Below are positions 59,748-64,000 of a DNA stretch of 64,000 bases, piece after piece (position 1 is the first letter of the stretch; each line of letters opens with the position of its first letter). The stretch is from contig CAIVRI010000038.1 of the NCBI GenBank assembly GCA_903908265.1, positions 28,053-92,052 of the forward strand, in the 5' to 3' direction. This DNA comes from an uncultured Pseudomonadota bacterium. Lineage in GTDB: Bacteria > Pseudomonadota > Gammaproteobacteria > Steroidobacterales > Steroidobacteraceae. The notes under the pieces are model-generated. The model worked only from the letters and a program-made list of their open reading frames with translations, did no database searches and was not told the origin of the DNA. A program made the position numbers and the translations under genes.

Positions 59748-61340
59748 GTGACTGCTGACATTCATGACCATCGGATCCTGATTCTAGATTTCGGTTCGCA
59801 GTACACCCAATTGATTGCGCGGCGCGTCCGCGAACTGGGCGTGTACTGCGAACTGCATCCTTGGGACATGAGCGACGCCGAAATCCGCGCTTTTGCGCCG
59901 ATGGGCGTCATTCTCTCGGGCGGACCGGAGACGGTGACGATTGCTGGCACGCCACGCGCCCCGGCTGTCGTGTGGGCGTTGGGGGTGCCCGTGCTCGGCA
60001 TTTGCTATGGCATGCAGACGATGGCGCAGCAACTGGGTGGCTTGGTGGAGCCGCATGACACCAAGGAATTTGGCTACGCTGAGGTACGCGCCCGCGGCCA
60101 TTCGCAATTACTCAAAGACATCGAAGACCGGGTGAACGATCAAGGCCATGGTCTGTTGGATGTCTGGATGAGTCACGGTGACCGCGTGGTCGTTGCGCCC
60201 GACGGTTTTAAGGTCATCGCCTCAACACCGGACCTGCCGATCGCCGCCATGGCCGATGAAACGCGCCATTATTATGGCTTGCAGTTCCATCCTGAGGTCA
60301 CGCACACCACCCAGGGCGAGCGGATCTACTCACGCTTCGTGCATGAAATTTGCGGCTGTGGTACGTCCTGGAATCCCGGTAGTATTATCGAAGACGCGAT
60401 TGGGCGTGTGCGTAAGCAGGTGGGTAACGCGCAGGTATTGCTGGGCCTGTCCGGTGGTGTCGACTCGTCGGTGGTTGCGGCCTTATTGCATCGCGCGATC
60501 GGTGCGCAACTGACCTGCGTCTTCGTGGATCATGGTTTGCTGCGTCACCGGGAAGGTGACCAAGTGATGGCTATATTTGCGCAGAATCTAGGCGTCAAAG
60601 TGATCCGCGTCGATGCAGAAGCTCGCTTCTTATCCGAGTTGGCGGGGGTCAGCGATCCCGAGGCGAAACGGAAAGTGATCGGTCGCCTGTTCGTTGCAGT
60701 ATTCGACGAGGAAGCGCAGAAGCTCCAGGGCGCTTCGGGTCCGCAGGTCGAATTCTTGGCGCAGGGAACTATTTATCCCGATGTGATTGAGTCGGCAGGC
60801 GCGAAGACCGGTAAAGCGCACCTGATCAAGAGTCACCACAACGTGGGCGGATTGCCTGCCCATATGAAATTGAAGTTGGTGGAACCGCTCCGGGAGCTGT
60901 TCAAGGACGAGGTGCGTCGTATTGGGGTGGAGCTGGGCTTGCCGCGCGAGATGGTCTTTCGCCATCCTTTCCCAGGACCAGGTCTCGGTGTGCGCATCCT
61001 CGGCGAGGTGACCAAGGCTGCGGCGGATACGCTGCGGTTGGCGGATGCTATTTTTATAGAAGAACTCCGCAAAGCCGACTGGTATGACCAGACGAGTCAG
61101 GCGTTTGCCGTCTTTTTGCCCGTCAACTCCGTTGGAGTGACTGGGGATGGCCGCCGCTATGCGCCGGTGATTGCGTTGCGTGCCGTGCAAACGATCGATT
61201 TTATGACCGCGCGTTGGGCGCGGTTGCCTTATGAGTTGCTCGAGAAAGTCAGCCTAAGAATCGTCAACGAGATCGCTGGCGTCTCGCGCGTGGTGTACGA
61301 CGTTTCGGGGAAGCCACCGGCCACGATCGAGTGGGAGTGA
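59748..61340 (+). CDS. guaA: GMP synthase (glutamine-hydrolysing)
   Basis: GATase block VLGICYGMQ, the ATP-PPase P-loop [10 protein letters not shown], and the C-terminal dimerisation domain ending ATIEWE. GTG start 3 nt after guaB. Confidence 0.96.
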   Translation: MTADIHDHRILILDFGSQYTQLIARRVRELGVYCELHPWDMSDAEIRAFAPMGVILSGGPETVTIAGTPRAPAVVWALGVPVLGICYGMQTMAQQLGGLVEPHDTKEFGYAEVRARGHSQLLKDIEDRVNDQGHGLLDVWMSHGDRVVVAPDGFKVIASTPDLPIAAMADETRHYYGLQFHPEVTHTTQGERIYSRFVHEICGCGTSWNPGSIIEDAIGRVRKQVGNAQVLLGLSGGVDSSVVAALLHRAIGAQLTCVFVDHGLLRHREGDQVMAIFAQNLGVKVIRVDAEARFLSELAGVSDPEAKRKVIGRLFVAVFDEEAQKLQGASGPQVEFLAQGTIYPDVIESAGAKTGKAHLIKSHHNVGGLPAHMKLKLVEPLRELFKDEVRRIGVELGLPREMVFRHPFPGPGLGVRILGEVTKAAADTLRLADAIFIEELRKADWYDQTSQAFAVFLPVNSVGVTGDGRRYAPVIALRAVQTIDFMTARWARLPYELLEKVSLRIVNEIAGVSRVVYDVSGKPPATIEWE

Positions 61341-61511
61341 CCGGACCAGGGCGCTTCCCTAGTCTGCCATCTCTTGCCACGGCAGAACATAGCGGAAAGG
61401 GGGGCAAAACTGGCAAAAACTCAGATTAGAATCCCAAGTGAGCGCAACGCGCGAATGCCGGCGATTGTTGCAGATGAGTACCCTGGATCCACCGCTACTG
61501 GGCATCTGATG

Positions 61512-62270
61512 CTATTTTGAGGCTTCGTGTTTTGCGAAGAACTTCGCAATCCGCTCTCCCGCATCCGGCGCCAATCCTTCGTTCTTGAACAACTCCAACG
61601 CATGGGCGTCGTGCAGGCTCAACCCATCGATTTCGATCAGCGCGCGCTTATTTACCTGGTTGGCGTACCACGAGTTGCTCAAGATATCCGCCGCAAGAGC
61701 GGCGAGGTCAGTATCGAATCGATCATCGGGAAAACAGAAATTCGCAAGATGCATGGCTTCGGCCTGCCGCCCCGAATAGCTTCGGCAGGTGAGCATCATT
61801 TCGCTCGCCTTGGCGGTGCCGATACGATGTGGCAACCGCAAGCTCAAGCCCCACACGGGGGTGAGACCCCACCGCGCGTAGACATCGGAGAACTGTGCCG
61901 ATTCGGCCGCAACAATCAGGTCGGCCGCCAAAGCGAGCTCCATTGCGCCAGTCGAGCAAAACCCTTGCACCGCTGAAATTACGGGTTGCGGCAGGTTGGC
62001 GATCTTTTGAATAACCTCCGAATGGAAATGAGGCTTGGCGTGGGCCTTCACGTGCTCGAGGACCTCGCTCATGTCGTAACCCGCAGAGAAGTGCCCGCCG
62101 GCGCCGCGCAGGATGACGAGCCCTATTTTCCTCTTTTCACGCGCGATGGCATCCACATGCACGTCTAATTCCTCGAACACCTCTTTGGAGAGCGCATTCA
62201 ACTTCTCCGGGCGATTCAATGTCAGGGTCGCCACCCCGCCGCTATTTTCCCGGCGAACTAAATTGTTCAT
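61512..62270 (-). CDS. Enoyl-CoA hydratase/isomerase (crotonase) family protein
   Basis: From the ATG at 62270 the product is MNNLVRRENSGGVATLTLNRPEKLNALS..., with GAGGHFSAGYDM and AVQGFCSTGAMELALAADL. A strong AGGAG lies 7 nt upstream of this ATG, inside the 3' end of the OMF gene, giving a 29-nt overlap. Confidence 0.82.
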   Translation of the reverse strand: MNNLVRRENSGGVATLTLNRPEKLNALSKEVFEELDVHVDAIAREKRKIGLVILRGAGGHFSAGYDMSEVLEHVKAHAKPHFHSEVIQKIANLPQPVISAVQGFCSTGAMELALAADLIVAAESAQFSDVYARWGLTPVWGLSLRLPHRIGTAKASEMMLTCRSYSGRQAEAMHLANFCFPDDRFDTDLAALAADILSNSWYANQVNKRALIEIDGLSLHDAHALELFKNEGLAPDAGERIAKFFAKHEASK

Positions 62271-63741
62271 AGTGAGGCTCCTGTGTTCGATTCCACCAGC
62301 CACCGCCCAGCGACTGAAACAGACCCGCCGTATCGGCATACCGATTGGCTTGGGCTTGCACCAAGGATAGTTCCGCTTGGCTGTAGGTCTGCTCGGCATT
62401 CAGCACCGCCACCAGGCTGATGGTCCCCAGCGTCCGCTGGCGTTGAGCGAGGTCAAAGGAGGCTTTGGCCGCACGGTCTGCTTCGGCACTGGCCTTCAGG
62501 GCATCGGCGTCGGCCTGCAAGGCGCGCAAGCTATCGGCCACATTTTGGCAGGCGAGAATGACGGCGGCGCGATACTGATCTGCTGCTTGATCCAGTGCGG
62601 CATCCGCCGCGCGCTTCTTGTGGAGGAGTGCCCCTGCGTCGAACAGTGTTTCGGTCAAGGAGGCGCCCACATCCCAGAATCCGGTATAGGGAGAAAAAAG
62701 ATTTTTCAACGCGAGCGCATTCGACCCCACATCGGCATTGATGGAAAACTGCGGCAACAGATTGGCAATCGACACGCCGACGGCGGCGGATGCGACATGC
62801 ATGTTTTCCTCTGCCTGGCGAACATCCGGGCGCTGCTCGATCAACTTCGACGGTAAGCTGACCGGAAGTTCAGACGGCAAGGTCAGCTCATCCAATCGAA
62901 AGGTCTCGGGTGGTTCATCGGAGGGCAGCCTCCCGAGCAATGCGGTCATGGCGTCCCGCGTCTGTCCCAATTGCTTCTGCAAGGGCGGCAGCGTCTGTGC
63001 GGTTTGCGCCTCCAGAGACTGCTGAGCGAGAACATCCAAATCGTTCGCGGTTCCGAGCGCTCGTTGCCGCTGAACCTTGTCAGTCAGCTGATGTTGTAAC
63101 TCGAGCAGCCGTTCCGTCGCCGCGATCTGGCCGCGGAGCGAGGCCTCCTGAACTGCTGCGACGACTACGTTGCTGCTCAAGGTCAGGTACGTGGCTTCGA
63201 GCTGGAAGCGATTGCTCTCGACTTGTGCCCTCGACAGTTCCACCTGACGCCGAGTTGCGCCAAAGACATCTGGGAGATAGCTGACGCTGAGCTGGGCCGT
63301 GTAGAGATTGTAGTAGGGGTTCGCTTGGGGAAGATTGGTGGGATTGGCAATGGTTCCAATGGCGTTCTTGGATCGAGTGCCGCTCAAATTCCCCTGGATA
63401 GTCGGGAAGTAGCTGGTCCACTGCGCCGAATACAACTCGTGGGCTTGACGCAGCGCCGCCTGTGCGGCGCCAACATTTGGGTTGCCCTTGAGCGCTTGCT
63501 CGACCAAGTGATTGAGCTTGGGTGATTGGAATAGAGTCCACCACTGGCTGGGAATATCCAAGCCCGTGACGAATCGTTGCGCGTCGCCACCGGGCACCTC
63601 GGCCGAGGATGTCTGCCCCTGTACGGTTGCGCTGCCATAGCCAGCAGCGGCCGGCGCCAGCGGTCGCTGGAAATTGGGGCCGACCGCGCAAGCGGTCAGG
63701 CTCGCGAAGAGAACACCAGCCGCGAGTCGAGACGCCGTCAT
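62242..63741 (-). CDS. RND efflux outer membrane factor lipoprotein (NodT/OprM family)
   Basis: From the ATG at 63741 the product is MTASRLAAGVLFASLTACAVGPNFQRP (lipobox LTAC plus the family-typical GPNFxRP). It has two coiled-coil/beta repeats and a C-terminal ALGGGW-like LGGGWW. Its start overlaps the RND pump stop (ATGA). Confidence 0.9.
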   Translation of the reverse strand: MTASRLAAGVLFASLTACAVGPNFQRPLAPAAAGYGSATVQGQTSSAEVPGGDAQRFVTGLDIPSQWWTLFQSPKLNHLVEQALKGNPNVGAAQAALRQAHELYSAQWTSYFPTIQGNLSGTRSKNAIGTIANPTNLPQANPYYNLYTAQLSVSYLPDVFGATRRQVELSRAQVESNRFQLEATYLTLSSNVVVAAVQEASLRGQIAATERLLELQHQLTDKVQRQRALGTANDLDVLAQQSLEAQTAQTLPPLQKQLGQTRDAMTALLGRLPSDEPPETFRLDELTLPSELPVSLPSKLIEQRPDVRQAEENMHVASAAVGVSIANLLPQFSINADVGSNALALKNLFSPYTGFWDVGASLTETLFDAGALLHKKRAADAALDQAADQYRAAVILACQNVADSLRALQADADALKASAEADRAAKASFDLAQRQRTLGTISLVAVLNAEQTYSQAELSLVQAQANRYADTAGLFQSLGGGWWNRTQEPHYEQFSSPGK

Positions 63742-64000
63742 CGTCCCCACCTTGCTTCGCCGTGTCGCTGCTCGGCCCAATGCTCGATTACGTGATACAT
63801 CGACGGCAGCACGAAGAGAGTCAGCACCGTCGAAATGGCAAGTCCTCCGACGACCACGGTCGCGATCCCGCGTTGCACGTCACTGCCCACTCCCGTGTGC
63901 AGTGCCGCGGGCAGCATTCCCAATGTGGCGACCGATGCCGTCATCAACACGGGTCGCAGGCGTTCAGTGGCACCCTTCATGATGGCTTCGTGAAGTTCAA
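63738..64000 (-). CDS. RND efflux pump inner-membrane subunit, 3' end only (the rest lies outside the window)
   Basis: The frame is open to the window edge. The translation is ...ELHEAIMKGATERLRPVLMTASVATLGMLPAALHTGVGSDVQRGIATVVVGGLAISTVLTLFVLPSMY, which is typical of TM11-12 of RND permeases. Confidence 0.85.
   Translation of the reverse strand, partial: ELHEAIMKGATERLRPVLMTASVATLGMLPAALHTGVGSDVQRGIATVVVGGLAISTVLTLFVLPSMYHVIEHWAEQRHGEARWGR

Overview
This is a GC-rich, very tightly packed chromosomal core region with gammaproteobacterial-type synteny. I found no transposases, phage genes, CRISPR arrays, integrons or a recognisable defence island.

Gene content, left to right:
- proA (3' part).
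- A translationally coupled molybdenum-cofactor operon on the minus strand: lipoprotein, moeA, moaA, moaC, mobA, moaD, then a MoaE::MoeB::rhodanese fusion.
- An MBL-fold hydrolase, a ModF-like double ABC ATPase, a DAACS symporter and a PhzF-family protein.
- pnuC coupled to an APH/choline-kinase-like kinase, then a 2Fe-2S ferredoxin.
- gpmA, a 1601-aa NAD-specific glutamate dehydrogenase, zapE, agmatinase and a GST.
- A frameshifted enoyl-CoA hydratase, ETF-ubiquinone oxidoreductase and an M16 peptidase pair.
- An SDR, a prolyl aminopeptidase-like lipoprotein and a thiolase.
- A 479-nt gene-free gap followed by an unusually long CsrA-family gene, then a PlsC-family acyltransferase.
- xerD-dsbC, fdxA, a NUDIX hydrolase, tRNA-Leu(CAA) and a PDZ protein.
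- queA-tgt-yajC-secD-secF, a TerC-family protein, kup and an APC permease.
- suhB / trmJ, followed by a reduced isc locus: a cysteine desulfurase, a degenerate IscU-like gene and iscA.
- ndk-rlmN-pilW-rodZ-hisS-yfgM-bamB-der, xseA and guaBA.
- An enoyl-CoA hydratase, then the tail of an RND efflux operon (OMF plus the 3' end of the RND pump).

I did not find a convincing new multi-gene system. The observations most worth follow-up are:
1. The 119-aa CsrA paralogue, which has a duplicated start region, a uORF and a long upstream gap.
2. The three-domain MoaE-MoeB-rhodanese fusion, together with a lipoprotein gene and a structured leader at the head of the Moco operon.
3. An IscU-fold protein that keeps only one of the three cluster-ligand cysteines, in an isc locus lacking iscR, hscBA and fdx.
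4. A Pnu-family transporter translationally coupled to a ThiK/ChoK-like kinase.
5. A single-nucleotide frameshift in an enoyl-CoA hydratase.

All functional calls rest on my reading of the supplied translations. No database search was run.
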